64,000 nucleotides of DNA, from positions 172,479 to 236,478 of the forward strand of contig CAYXIK010000001.1 in the NCBI GenBank assembly GCA_964465315.1. Direction: 5' to 3'. Under the pieces are notes generated by a model, which saw only the letters and a list, made by a program, of their open reading frames with translations, searched no databases and was not told the DNA's origin. This stretch comes from an uncultured Gemmatimonadaceae bacterium. Its GTDB lineage: Bacteria; Gemmatimonadota; Gemmatimonadetes; Gemmatimonadales; GWC2-71-9. The position numbers and the translations under genes were made by a program. Positions 52,211 to 61,611 of this stretch are shown here, one piece after another. Every line of letters starts with the position of its first letter. Within the stretch, counting starts at the first letter, position 1.

Positions 52211-53217
52211 GACTTCCTTCCCTCCGACGGCCCTGCCAGCATCTCGCGAATGCCCCCGAGCGACGAGAGCACGCCCGTCGCCTCGTAGGGCAAGTAGATG
52301 ACTTTATTGCTCTGGGGGCTTGTGACCATGTCCTTTAGGGCTTCGATGTACCGAATCGCGATCAAGTACCGCGCCGGGTCCCCGCCGGTTCCCTTGATGG
52401 CGGTCGTGATCCGCTCGATCGCCTGAGCCTCCGCCTCGGCCACCTTGAGGCGCGCGCTGGCCTCCGCCTCAGCAGCGAGGATCTTCGCCTGCTTTTGGCC
52501 CTCGGCCTGATTGATCTCCGACTGCCGGATGCCTTCTGACTGGAGGGTGCGCGACTGCTTCTCGGCCTCGGCGGTGAGGATCGCGGCTCGCCGGTCCCGC
52601 TCGGCGCGCATCTGCTTTTCCATCGCGTCACGGATGTCACGCGGCGGGTTGATGTCCTTGAGCTCCACCCGGCTCACTTTCGCGCCCCACTTGTGAGTGG
52701 CTTCATCCAGGATCTCACGCAGCTTGGCGTTGATCGTGTCGCGGGACGAGAGCACGTGGTCGAGCTCCATCTCGCCAATCACGTTGCGGAGCGTGGTCTG
52801 CGTCAGCTTCTCGATCGCGTCCGGCAGGTTCGCGATCTCGTATGTGGCGCGCACCGGGTCGGTGATCTGGGAATAGATCAGCGCGTCGATCTCGACCACC
52901 ACGTTGTCCTTGGTGATCACGTTCTGGCGCGGGAACACGTACACCGTTTCGCGCAGGTCGATCTTGTCGGTCCGAAAGTGACGCGCGAACGAGTCGCCCG
53001 CCGGGGTGACGATCACCTGGTGCCAGTCGATCGGTCGGGGCCTATCGAGCAGCGGGTTGATGAAGTTGAGGCCGGAGTTGAGCGTCCTGTGGTACTTGCC
53101 CAGCCGCTCGATGATCATCGTCTGGGCCTGCTGCACGATGCGGATGGCCTTGGACACGTACACGAGGACTACGACTCCACCCGCCAGGAGGGCGAGCTGG
53201 TAGAGCGAGAAGGGCAT
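52207..53217 (-). CDS. SPFH/Band-7 (stomatin-like) protein
   Basis: 336 aa. N-terminal TM segment, IVQQAQTMIIERLGKYHRTL, and a coiled-coil Ala/Glu-rich tail. Confidence 0.9.
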   Translation of the reverse strand: MPFSLYQLALLAGGVVVLVYVSKAIRIVQQAQTMIIERLGKYHRTLNSGLNFINPLLDRPRPIDWHQVIVTPAGDSFARHFRTDKIDLRETVYVFPRQNVITKDNVVVEIDALIYSQITDPVRATYEIANLPDAIEKLTQTTLRNVIGEMELDHVLSSRDTINAKLREILDEATHKWGAKVSRVELKDINPPRDIRDAMEKQMRAERDRRAAILTAEAEKQSRTLQSEGIRQSEINQAEGQKQAKILAAEAEASARLKVAEAEAQAIERITTAIKGTGGDPARYLIAIRYIEALKDMVTSPQSNKVIYLPYEATGVLSSLGGIREMLAGPSEGRKS

Positions 53218-53220
53218 GGC

Positions 53221-53691
53221 TTACGTCTCCTTGTCCACGTACAGGGTGGTCCCTTCCACCCGTACGACCATCACCCGGGTTCCGGGCTCGAGCGCCGCGT
53301 CCAGGAGCGACGCCGCGCGCCAGTCTTCCCCTTCAACGAGCACCCGTCCCTTCCCCGTCCCGGGGTCGATGCGCTCCGACACGATCCCCACGCGCCCGGC
53401 GAGCGCATCCACGTTCGTTCGGATCTCGGTGCCCCGAGGGTGGAGGTAGCGGAGCAGCGAGGGACGGATGCCGACGAGGGAAAGGAGGGTCCCCGCTGCG
53501 AAGGTCAGGGCCGGAACGAGGGCCCCCGGAGCCACCAGGGAGACCACGCCGGCGGCGAGGCAGCCGACCGCCACCGAAAGGAGCCAGAACCCCGGGGCGA
53601 CCATTTCGGCCACGAATAGGAGCAGGGCGGCCACGAGCCAAACTTGCCATTCGTGCAAGGCGCGGTTCTCCAAGCGGCGGATCTGACGCAC
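53221..53691 (-). CDS. NfeD-family membrane protein
   Basis: I trimmed ORF 53221..53811 to GTG 53691 (TTG 53658 is also possible). Two or three TM segments plus a C-terminal OB-like domain (GKGRVLVEGEDWRA...PGTRVMVVRVEGTTLYV). It is the classic partner upstream of SPFH genes. Confidence 0.7.
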   Translation of the reverse strand: MRQIRRLENRALHEWQVWLVAALLLFVAEMVAPGFWLLSVAVGCLAAGVVSLVAPGALVPALTFAAGTLLSLVGIRPSLLRYLHPRGTEIRTNVDALAGRVGIVSERIDPGTGKGRVLVEGEDWRAASLLDAALEPGTRVMVVRVEGTTLYVDKET

Positions 53692-53809
53692 GGAACTTAC
53701 CGCCGCAACCGTCGGCCCGCTTCCCCTATCCAACAGCAAGCACGGCCGTGAAACACCCCTGCCGGATGGCCGTAGCGCCGTCATCACCCCATGGCTGGAG
53801 GTTGCCCTC

Positions 53810-54862
53810 ATGTACGCTCCGTTGATCGCCGCGACGCTCCTCGTGCCGGTCGCGTCGGCCGCGCAGCAACCCGAGCGACGTGTGGTGCCCGGTGACCACG
53901 TCGCGGTCTACAACCTCGCGGGCCTGGTGCGCGTCGAGCGGGGCGGCGGCGCGGACGTCGTGGTGGAGCTCACGCGGGGTGGGCGCGACGCCGGTAAGCT
54001 TGCGATCGCCACGGGGCCGCTCCGGGGGCGGGAAACGCTCCGGGTGATGTATCCGGACGACGAGATCGCGTATGGCGAGCTCGGCCGGGGCTCCACGACG
54101 CTGCACGTGCGGGACGATGGCACGTTTAACGACCACGACGGCCGTCACTGGTTCGACGACGGCCGGCGCGTGCGGATCAGCGGCTCGGGGCGTGGACTCG
54201 AAGCCCACGCGGACCTCCGGATCGCGATCCCACCCGGCAAGCGGGTCGACGTCTATCTCGCAGTGGGTCGCGTGACCGTCTCCACCGTCGAGGGCGATCT
54301 GCGCGTGGACGTCGCCTCCGCGGACGTCACGGCTGATCACGTGAAGGGCACGCTGACCGTGGACACGGGCTCCGGCGACGTCCACCTGAGCGACGCTCAG
54401 GGCGACGTGAGTCTCGACACCGGGTCGGGCGACGTGACAGTGAGCGGTATGAGCGGGAACGAGCTGAAGCTCGACACCGGGTCGGGGAGCGTCTCAGCCG
54501 ATCGCGTCACCGCCGACGTGCTGAAGATCGACACCGGCTCGGGCGACGTCACCGCCTCCTCCATCCGGTCGACCGATGTCAACATCGACACGGGCTCGGG
54601 TGGAGTGCAGCTCGACCTCTTGTCCGACCTGGCATCGCTGTACGTGGACACCGGCTCCGGCGATGTGACGGTGCGGATTCCCGTCGCGTTCGGAGCGGCC
54701 GTGGACATCGAGACGTCGAGCGGCGCCATCGACCTCGAGGACGTGGTCGTAAAGGCCACGCGCCTCGAGGAGGATCACGTCGTGGGCGAGATCGGCGACG
54801 GCAAGGGCCGCGTGAAGATCGAGACCGGGTCGGGCGGTGTGCGAATCGTTCGGACGCGATAG
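53810..54862 (+). CDS. DUF4097-like beta-helical repeat protein
   Basis: 350 aa with a signal peptide. At least seven D/E-T-G-S-G-x-V units occur every 18-20 aa (54355..54845). Confidence 0.75.
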   Translation: MYAPLIAATLLVPVASAAQQPERRVVPGDHVAVYNLAGLVRVERGGGADVVVELTRGGRDAGKLAIATGPLRGRETLRVMYPDDEIAYGELGRGSTTLHVRDDGTFNDHDGRHWFDDGRRVRISGSGRGLEAHADLRIAIPPGKRVDVYLAVGRVTVSTVEGDLRVDVASADVTADHVKGTLTVDTGSGDVHLSDAQGDVSLDTGSGDVTVSGMSGNELKLDTGSGSVSADRVTADVLKIDTGSGDVTASSIRSTDVNIDTGSGGVQLDLLSDLASLYVDTGSGDVTVRIPVAFGAAVDIETSSGAIDLEDVVVKATRLEEDHVVGEIGDGKGRVKIETGSGGVRIVRTR

Positions 54863-54869
54863 CCGCGGC

Positions 54870-57800
54870 TCAATCTGCGGGGGCAGCGTCGGTGGCGGGC
54901 CCGCCGCCCGCCGCTGCCCGCGCCAGCGACCTGCGACCGAACAAGCCCTGCAGCTCGTCCAAATACGTGTAAATCACCGGCGTGACATACAGCGTGATCA
55001 CCTGCGAGAACGCGAGCCCGCCCACCACCGCGATCCCGAGCGGGCGGCGCGACTCAGAGCCCTGGCCCACCCCCAGCGCGATCGGCAGCGTGCCCATAAG
55101 GGCCGCCATCGTCGTCATCATGATCGGGCGGAAGCGGATGCTGCACGCCTGCAAGATGGCGTCGTGGGCGGTCTTCCCCTCGTTGCGCTGTGCCTCCAGG
55201 GCGAAGTCGATCATCATGATGCCGTTCTTCTTCACCAGTCCCACGAGCATGATGATCCCCACGAAGGCGTAGACACTCAGGTCGACCCGGAAGATCAACA
55301 ACGTCAGCAACGCGCCGAACCCTGCGAACGGCAGCGCCGAGAGGATCGTGAGCGGATGGATGAAGCTCTCGTACAGGATCCCCAATACCATGTAGATCAC
55401 GAACACGGCGAGCACGAGGAGGACGAGCAGCCCCGCCTGGCTCGATTGGAACGCCTGAGCGGTGCCAGAGAAGCTGCTCGTGATGCTGGACGGCAGCGTT
55501 TGTCGTGCCACGCGCTGCACGTCGGCGACGGCGGTGCCGATCGAAACGCCGGGCTTCAGGTCGAACGACAGCGTGACCGACGGCAGCTGGCCCGCGTGAT
55601 TCACCGTCAGCGGGCCGACGCTCGAGGTGATCGTGGCCAGCGATGCCAGCGGCACCAGCGCGCCGTTCTGCGAGCGGATGTGGAGCAGGCTCAGTGCCGA
55701 CAGATCCTGCTGGTACTCGGGCAAGAGCTCCATGACCACCCAGTACTGGTTGGTCGGCGTGTAGATCGTGGAGACCTGGCCCGAGCCGTAGGCCTCGTAC
55801 AGGGCTTGCTCGACCTGTTGCGCGGTGACCCCCAGCGCGGCGGCCCGGTCGCGGTTGATGGCCACGGTGGCCTGCGGGCTTGAGATCTGCAGGTCGGTTG
55901 TGACATTCACCAGGCCGGGCAGCTCGCGCAGCTTGGTCTCGAGCTGCTTGGAGTTGTCGTATAGCGCGTGGATGTCCGGGCTTTGCAGCGTGAACTGGTA
56001 CTGACTCTTCGAGAGCCGCCCTCCGATGCGGATGGGCGGCGGGTTCTGAAGGAAGACCTGAATCCCGGGGATTCCCGCCAGCTTGGCATTGTAGACCCGG
56101 ATCAGCTGGTCCACGCTCAGACGACGTTGGGAGCGGGGCTTGAGCTGCAGAAACACGCGCCCCTGGTTGATCTGGCCCCCGCCAAGGAATGACATCATCC
56201 CGTCCACGTTGGCCGTGTCCCGCTGCAGGATGGCCATGACCTGGACCTGATGGCGGACCAGATCGTCGTACGACGTCCCCTGGACCGTTTCGGTGGTCCC
56301 GAAGATCTGGGAGCTGTCCTCGCTCGGCAGGAACCCCTTCGGCACCGCGACGAAGAGTACCGCCGTCGCCACGAGAATCAGGGCGGAGAACGCCAGCGCC
56401 GCCGCCCGCTGCTGCATTACCCAGCTCAGGCTGTCCTCGTACGCACGCAGCACGCGCTCGTACACGCGTTCCGACACCTCGTAGAACCTCCCGTGACGCG
56501 CCTCACGCGTCGCCTTGAGGAATCGGCTGCACAGCATCGGTGTCAGCGTCAGCGAGACGACGCCGGAGACGAGGATCGCCGCACCGATGGTCACAGCGAA
56601 TTCGTGAAACAGCCGCCCGATGATCCCGCCCATGAACAACACCGGGATGAACACCGCGGCGAGCGACAACGTCATGGAGAGGATCGTGAACCCTACTTCG
56701 CGCGAGCCGGCAAACGCGGCCTGTAGGGGCGGCGTCCCTTTCTCCATGTGCCGCACGATGTTCTCGAGCATTACGATGGCGTCGTCCACGACGAACCCGA
56801 CGGACAGGGTGAGCGCCATCATCGAGAGGTTGTCGAGGCTGTAGTTGAGCGCGTACATCACGGCGAACGTGCCCACCAGCGAAAATGGCAGCGCGAGGCT
56901 CGGGATGACCGTCGCCGACAGGTTGCGAAGGAAGAGGAAGATGACCAGGACGACGAGCGCCAGGGTCAAGAACAAGGTGAACTTGACGTCCGCGAGCGAG
57001 GCGCGAATCGAGTCCGAGCGGTCGAAACGCAACTCCAGGTCCACCGCCCCCGGCAGGAGCTGCCTCAAATTCGCCATGACGGTCCGCACGCGTCCGGCGA
57101 CCTCTACGGTGTTCGCGCCCGGTTGGCGCTGGATGGCGAGGACGATCGACCTGCTGCCGTTGTACCACGCCGCGCTCTTGTTGTCCTGCACGTCGTCCAG
57201 CACGTGGCCGACGTCTTGGAGGCGCACCGGAGCGCCGTTGCGATACGCGATCACAAGCGGTCGGAACGCCGTGGCGTCCTGAAGCTGTCCCGTCGCCTGC
57301 ACCGTGTACGCGCGGTGCGGCCCCCACAGAATTCCAGTGGGCAGATTCACGTTGCCAGCTGCGATTGCAGCAGCCACTTCGTCAATACCCAAGGATCGCG
57401 TCGCCAGGGCCTTGGGATCGAGCTGGACCCGCACCGCGTACTTCGCCGCGCCGTAAACGTTGACCTGCGCCACGCCGTCTACGGTGGACAAGCGCTGCGC
57501 GATGAAGGTCTCTGCGTATTCGTCCAGATCCGACAGCGACAGCGTGCCGGAGCTCATGGCGTAATAGATGATCGGCTGGTCGGCCGGATTCACCTTCTGG
57601 TACGAGGGCGGCACGATCCCTGTGGGGAGCTGGCGCAGCGTCTTGGAGATCGCCGCCTGCACGTCCTGCGCGGCCGCATCGATGTTTCGGTCCAAGGTGA
57701 ACTGCAGGGTGATGCTGGTGCTCCCGAGGCTCGACGAGGAGGTCATCTGGTCCACGCCGGCGATCGTCGAAAACTGCTTCTCGAGCGGCGTCGCCACCGC

Positions 57801-57983
57801 CGACGCCATCGTCTCCGGGCTCGCCCCGGGGAGGCTCGCGCCCACCGAGATGGTGGGGAAATCCACATTCGGAAGGTTGCTCACGGACAGGAGTCGATAC
57901 GCCATCAGCCCGAAGACGAGGATGCCCATCATGACGAGGGTCGTCATGACGGGTCGCTTGATGAACAGGTCCGAGATGCTCAC
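54870..57983 (-). CDS. RND efflux permease (AcrB/HAE1-like)
   Basis: I trimmed ORF 54870..59201 to GTG 57983, which is preceded by GGAGGGGG and overlaps the MFP stop (GTGA). 1037 aa. SISDLFIKRPVMTTLVMMGILVFG is a hallmark N-terminus. Confidence 0.9.
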   Translation of the reverse strand: MSISDLFIKRPVMTTLVMMGILVFGLMAYRLLSVSNLPNVDFPTISVGASLPGASPETMASAVATPLEKQFSTIAGVDQMTSSSSLGSTSITLQFTLDRNIDAAAQDVQAAISKTLRQLPTGIVPPSYQKVNPADQPIIYYAMSSGTLSLSDLDEYAETFIAQRLSTVDGVAQVNVYGAAKYAVRVQLDPKALATRSLGIDEVAAAIAAGNVNLPTGILWGPHRAYTVQATGQLQDATAFRPLVIAYRNGAPVRLQDVGHVLDDVQDNKSAAWYNGSRSIVLAIQRQPGANTVEVAGRVRTVMANLRQLLPGAVDLELRFDRSDSIRASLADVKFTLFLTLALVVLVIFLFLRNLSATVIPSLALPFSLVGTFAVMYALNYSLDNLSMMALTLSVGFVVDDAIVMLENIVRHMEKGTPPLQAAFAGSREVGFTILSMTLSLAAVFIPVLFMGGIIGRLFHEFAVTIGAAILVSGVVSLTLTPMLCSRFLKATREARHGRFYEVSERVYERVLRAYEDSLSWVMQQRAAALAFSALILVATAVLFVAVPKGFLPSEDSSQIFGTTETVQGTSYDDLVRHQVQVMAILQRDTANVDGMMSFLGGGQINQGRVFLQLKPRSQRRLSVDQLIRVYNAKLAGIPGIQVFLQNPPPIRIGGRLSKSQYQFTLQSPDIHALYDNSKQLETKLRELPGLVNVTTDLQISSPQATVAINRDRAAALGVTAQQVEQALYEAYGSGQVSTIYTPTNQYWVVMELLPEYQQDLSALSLLHIRSQNGALVPLASLATITSSVGPLTVNHAGQLPSVTLSFDLKPGVSIGTAVADVQRVARQTLPSSITSSFSGTAQAFQSSQAGLLVLLVLAVFVIYMVLGILYESFIHPLTILSALPFAGFGALLTLLIFRVDLSVYAFVGIIMLVGLVKKNGIMMIDFALEAQRNEGKTAHDAILQACSIRFRPIMMTTMAALMGTLPIALGVGQGSESRRPLGIAVVGGLAFSQVITLYVTPVIYTYLDELQGLFGRRSLARAAAGGGPATDAAPAD

Positions 57984-59095
57984 TTGTCCCCCTCCGGCGC
58001 AGACGGTGACTCGGCCATGCCCTTCACCTCGACGGGCGCGCCCGAGACCAAGCGCACCTGCCCGTCGGTCACCACCTGGTCCCCGGGCCGCACGCCCTGC
58101 GCGATGACCGTGTAAGGACCGGCAGTGCGCTCGACCGAGACGGACTGCGAGCGGGCGGTCCCGTCCTGGTTGAGCACGAACAGGTACGTGCCCTGTTGCC
58201 CGGTCATCACCGCCTGGGACGGCACGACCACGGCGCTGTCCTCGATGTAGAGCTGGAGCCGGACGTTCAGGAACTCGCCCGGCCACAGGGCGTTGTCGCG
58301 ATTCGGGAACTCCGCCTTGAGCAGCACGGTCCCGGTCGCGGTGTCCACCGCGTTGTCCACGAACGTCAGCACCCCCTCGCTGAACACCGTGTCGCTCTTC
58401 CCGGGGCTCGCGAGCACCGGCAGGCGGTTCTGACGATAGCGCTGGATGTTGGCGAGGTGTTGCTCGGGGACCGCGAAGCGCACGAGGGCAGGACGGACCT
58501 GGTTGATCACCACCAGCGGATCTGGCGCGTTGGCCCGGACCAGATTTCCCTCCCGCAGCATCAGGCGTCCGGTGCGCCCCGCGATGGGCGCGCGGACAGT
58601 GGCCCACTCGAGATTGAGCCGGGCGTTCGCGACGGCGGCGGAGTCCGACCGCACGGCCGCCTGGAGCGCTTCGGCCGAAGCCCGTTTCGCGTCGTAATCG
58701 GATTGCGTCACGTAGTCCTGCTTGACGAGCGCCGCGTACCGTTGTGCGTCGAGCGTGGCGCTCTGCGCCTGTGCCTGGTCCCGGGCGAGCATCGCTTCGG
58801 CTTGATCCATCGCCGCCTGAAACGGCCGCGGATCGATCTCGAACAGCGTCTGCCCGGCCGTCACCTCGTCTCCTTCGCGGAAGGCGACGTGCGTGAGGAT
58901 CCCGGACACCTGCGCCTGGACCGACGCCGTCTGACGTGGCTCGACCGTGCCGGTCGCGAAGATCTCGAAGGGCATCGGCCGCTGCTGGGCTCGTGCGATC
59001 GTGACGGGCACGCGCGACGGGCCCCCAGCCCCCTTGCGCGAGCAGCCGAGAGCGAGCGTCCCAAAGAGAACGGCGATGGCAGTGATGAGCTTCAT
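57980..59095 (-). CDS. RND efflux periplasmic adaptor (AcrA/MexA-like lipoprotein)
   Basis: 371 aa. Lipobox LALGCS, lipoyl hairpin (VSGILTHVAFREGDEVTAGQTLFEID) and a coiled coil. Confidence 0.9.
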   Translation of the reverse strand: MKLITAIAVLFGTLALGCSRKGAGGPSRVPVTIARAQQRPMPFEIFATGTVEPRQTASVQAQVSGILTHVAFREGDEVTAGQTLFEIDPRPFQAAMDQAEAMLARDQAQAQSATLDAQRYAALVKQDYVTQSDYDAKRASAEALQAAVRSDSAAVANARLNLEWATVRAPIAGRTGRLMLREGNLVRANAPDPLVVINQVRPALVRFAVPEQHLANIQRYRQNRLPVLASPGKSDTVFSEGVLTFVDNAVDTATGTVLLKAEFPNRDNALWPGEFLNVRLQLYIEDSAVVVPSQAVMTGQQGTYLFVLNQDGTARSQSVSVERTAGPYTVIAQGVRPGDQVVTDGQVRLVSGAPVEVKGMAESPSAPEGDK

Positions 59096-60628
59096 TTACT
59101 TCGGCGTTCCGGTGGTGTCGGTTTGCATCTGGAGCTGGCTCGATCCATCGAGCCCGAGGATTCCCACGTCGTGGGCGAGCTGGGCGAGCGCCGTGTTCCA
59201 CGAGAAGCGCGCCTGGATCGCCTGTGCGCGCGCACTTGCCAGGGCGACCTGCGCCGTCAGCAGGTCGAGCAGGCTCCCGGCGCCCGCCTTATAGCGTCCG
59301 AGCGCCACCTGCTCAGATTCGGCGGCGCTCGCGAGGAGGTCCCGGCTGGTGCGCACCTGCTGCGTCGATGTACGGAGGGCGTAATACGCGTTGAAGACTT
59401 CGTACACGACCTGCTGCTCGAATCCCTGCGCGCGCAGTGCGGCCGCGTCTGCGGCCGCGGACGCGGCCTTCACGTCGTAGATCTGGGACCAGCCCGAAAA
59501 TATCGGGATCGAGAGGGTCAGGGTGGCCGTGTACCCATTCCCCGGGGGCGGGGTCGGGGTGGGCGGATTGCGGACGAAGTAGGTCTGGTTCGCGGTCCCG
59601 CCGACCGAGAGGGAGGGCAGGGCCTGGGACCTGGCGACGCTCACCCGCGCGCGGGCCTGCTCGACCAGCGCGCGCTGGGCCGCGAGGTCGGGGCGCTCGC
59701 GGATCGCGTGGGCGATCAACGTGTCCACGCCTTCGACGATTCCCAACGGCAGGGTGGTGTCCGGTAACACCGCGATGTCGTACGGGACGTTGGCGGGCAG
59801 TCCCATGGACAGCGCTAACGCCCCCCGCGTGGTTTGCAGATTGCCCTGTGTCGACTCGAGCGCCAGCCGAGCCTGCGACAGCGCCGTCTTCGCCTGAAGC
59901 ACGTCCGCGATGGTGGCGAGGCCGACCCGGTGCCGTTGTTCGGCCGCTTCGAGATTCGTCTGGGCCTCCGCCAGGGTGGTCTGCTGCGCGTCGAGCAGCG
60001 CCTTCGTGCCCATGTAAAGGAAGTAGGCTTGCTGAACCCCGAGTACGACGGTCTGCAAGGTCGCGTTGTGGATCCAGTCCGCCGCGAGGAGCGCTTCCCG
60101 CGCCACGCCGATCGATCCTGAGCGGCCGCCGAAGTCGAGCAAGAGCCACGAGACGTTGAGACTGGGGCCAAAGGACTGCTGTTTCGCGGCCAGGACGCCA
60201 CCCGAGGCGATGCGCTTGATGGCCTGGGCCGTCCCGACGGCCGTCAGCGTGGGGTAGTATTGTCCCTTCGCGGCGCCGTAGGCGGCCGCTGCTGACCGGG
60301 CGTCCGCCCAGGCCGCACTTGTGGCGGTATTGTTCCGCAGGGCGATGTCGATGACGTCGGTGAGCGTGAGCTGCGCGATCCGGGTGGCAAGGTCGGGCGG
60401 CAGCTCCGGCGGCGGCGTCGGGTGCCGGGGCGCGGCCGGGGCGAGGGGCGGCGTCCATGCTACGTTGGGGGCCGGCGCGGTCCCGGCGACGCCGCGCACG
60501 CCCGGCGAACCGCAGCTCGCGAGCAGCGCCACACTGCCTCCCCATAACGTTCCGAGCCGAAACGTCCGCCGCGCGGGGGGACGGCTGCGGAGGACGTCTG
60601 GCTGGTGCGTCAGCATCCGATTGCGCAT
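59096..60628 (-). CDS. Outer-membrane efflux lipoprotein (NodT/OprM family)
   Basis: I trimmed ORF 59096..60937 to ATG 60628 (ATG 60616 is also possible). Lipobox LLASCGS and TolC-type repeat helices. Its stop directly abuts the adaptor start. Confidence 0.85.
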   Translation of the reverse strand: MRNRMLTHQPDVLRSRPPARRTFRLGTLWGGSVALLASCGSPGVRGVAGTAPAPNVAWTPPLAPAAPRHPTPPPELPPDLATRIAQLTLTDVIDIALRNNTATSAAWADARSAAAAYGAAKGQYYPTLTAVGTAQAIKRIASGGVLAAKQQSFGPSLNVSWLLLDFGGRSGSIGVAREALLAADWIHNATLQTVVLGVQQAYFLYMGTKALLDAQQTTLAEAQTNLEAAEQRHRVGLATIADVLQAKTALSQARLALESTQGNLQTTRGALALSMGLPANVPYDIAVLPDTTLPLGIVEGVDTLIAHAIRERPDLAAQRALVEQARARVSVARSQALPSLSVGGTANQTYFVRNPPTPTPPPGNGYTATLTLSIPIFSGWSQIYDVKAASAAADAAALRAQGFEQQVVYEVFNAYYALRTSTQQVRTSRDLLASAAESEQVALGRYKAGAGSLLDLLTAQVALASARAQAIQARFSWNTALAQLAHDVGILGLDGSSQLQMQTDTTGTPK

Positions 60629-60721
60629 TCGGCTCTGTGCGAAAGGGTGGCGGCTGGACCGGTCTTCCCCGGAGTATACGCACGGCTGGGCAGGTGCGTG
60701 GAGGCAGGAGGAGGCGTCCCC

Positions 60722-61108
60722 GTGGCTGATGCCGAGCGGGTGCGGCTGGACCGATGGCTCTGGGCCGCGCGTTTTTTCAAGACGCGGGCGCTCGCGGCCG
60801 CGGCGATCGGCGCCGGGAAGATTCAGGTCAACGGCGCCCGAGCCAAACGCGCCAAGCCGGTCGCCGTCGGCGACCAGCTGCGCATCCGACGGGGGCCGTT
60901 CGAATACGTCGTGCGCGTGCGGGGCCTTTCCGAGCACCGCGGCCCGCCGGCTACGGCCGCGACGCTGTACGACGAATCACCGGACGGCAAGCGGCTGCGG
61001 GAGCGACTCGCGGAGCGGCTGCGGGTTGCCCCGTCGCTCCGTTACGAAGGAAAAGGCCGGCCGACGAAGCGGGAGCGGCGGGAGATCGAGAGATTCAAGG
61101 GGGAGTGA
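60722..61108 (+). CDS. hslR: Ribosome-associated heat-shock protein Hsp15 (S4 domain)
   Basis: I trimmed ORF 60605..61108 to GTG 60722. VRLDRWLWAARFFKTRALAAAAIGAGKIQVNG is the Hsp15 S4-domain signature. The C-terminal tail is basic. Confidence 0.75.
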   Translation: MADAERVRLDRWLWAARFFKTRALAAAAIGAGKIQVNGARAKRAKPVAVGDQLRIRRGPFEYVVRVRGLSEHRGPPATAATLYDESPDGKRLRERLAERLRVAPSLRYEGKGRPTKRERREIERFKGE

Positions 61109-61132
61109 GCGGCCGTGCGGACGCCCCGCCCT

Positions 61133-61600
61133 TCAGCCCCTGCGCCGTAATCGCTTCAAGAGCTGAATCTGCCCCGTGTGGTATAGATCGTGTGCGGCGA
61201 TGCCGCCGATATGCTGGGCGTTGGTCCAGGTCGAGCGCCATCCCTTCGCGTTGAGCCGGGCAGGCGGGAAGCGAACGATGGCCGCACGGAGCAGCCGGTG
61301 TTCCTCCTTGAGGAGCGCCACGTCACGCCGCCAGGCCGCGGCGTTCGGTCGCTCGGGCAGCCGGGGCCAATTGGAGCCGCCGCGCGGGAACGTGAGCGTC
61401 GCGTCCCGGGTCAACCGCCGCCGCACGATGTACTTCCAGTACGCGGTGTGCAGCACGACTTCCCAGATATTGTGTCGCCCTCGGCCCGGGCGCCATAACG
61501 CCTCGCGGTAGGTAAGGCCGCGGATCGAACCCCAGAGCGCCGTTCCGTGCCAGGCCCGGCGATTGAAGGCTTGATCGAACAGGTCGAGGAGCTGTGACAT
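61133..61600 (-). CDS. DinB-family protein
   Basis: I trimmed ORF 61133..61678 to ATG 61600. WHGTALWGSIRGL ... HTAYWKY ... HDLYHTGQI (DinB_2-like His triad). Confidence 0.75.
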   Translation of the reverse strand: MSQLLDLFDQAFNRRAWHGTALWGSIRGLTYREALWRPGRGRHNIWEVVLHTAYWKYIVRRRLTRDATLTFPRGGSNWPRLPERPNAAAWRRDVALLKEEHRLLRAAIVRFPPARLNAKGWRSTWTNAQHIGGIAAHDLYHTGQIQLLKRLRRRG

Positions 61601-61611
61601 GCGACGATCGC

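Noticed and set aside
54870-59201. Single 1443-aa ORF spanning the RND permease and the adaptor region
   Set aside because: Only the C-terminal 1037 residues (from GTG 57983, which has a Shine-Dalgarno and a GTGA overlap) look like a protein, namely AcrB-like. The N-terminal 400 residues are Arg/Gly/Pro-rich read-through in an alternative frame of the genuine adaptor gene 57980..59095.
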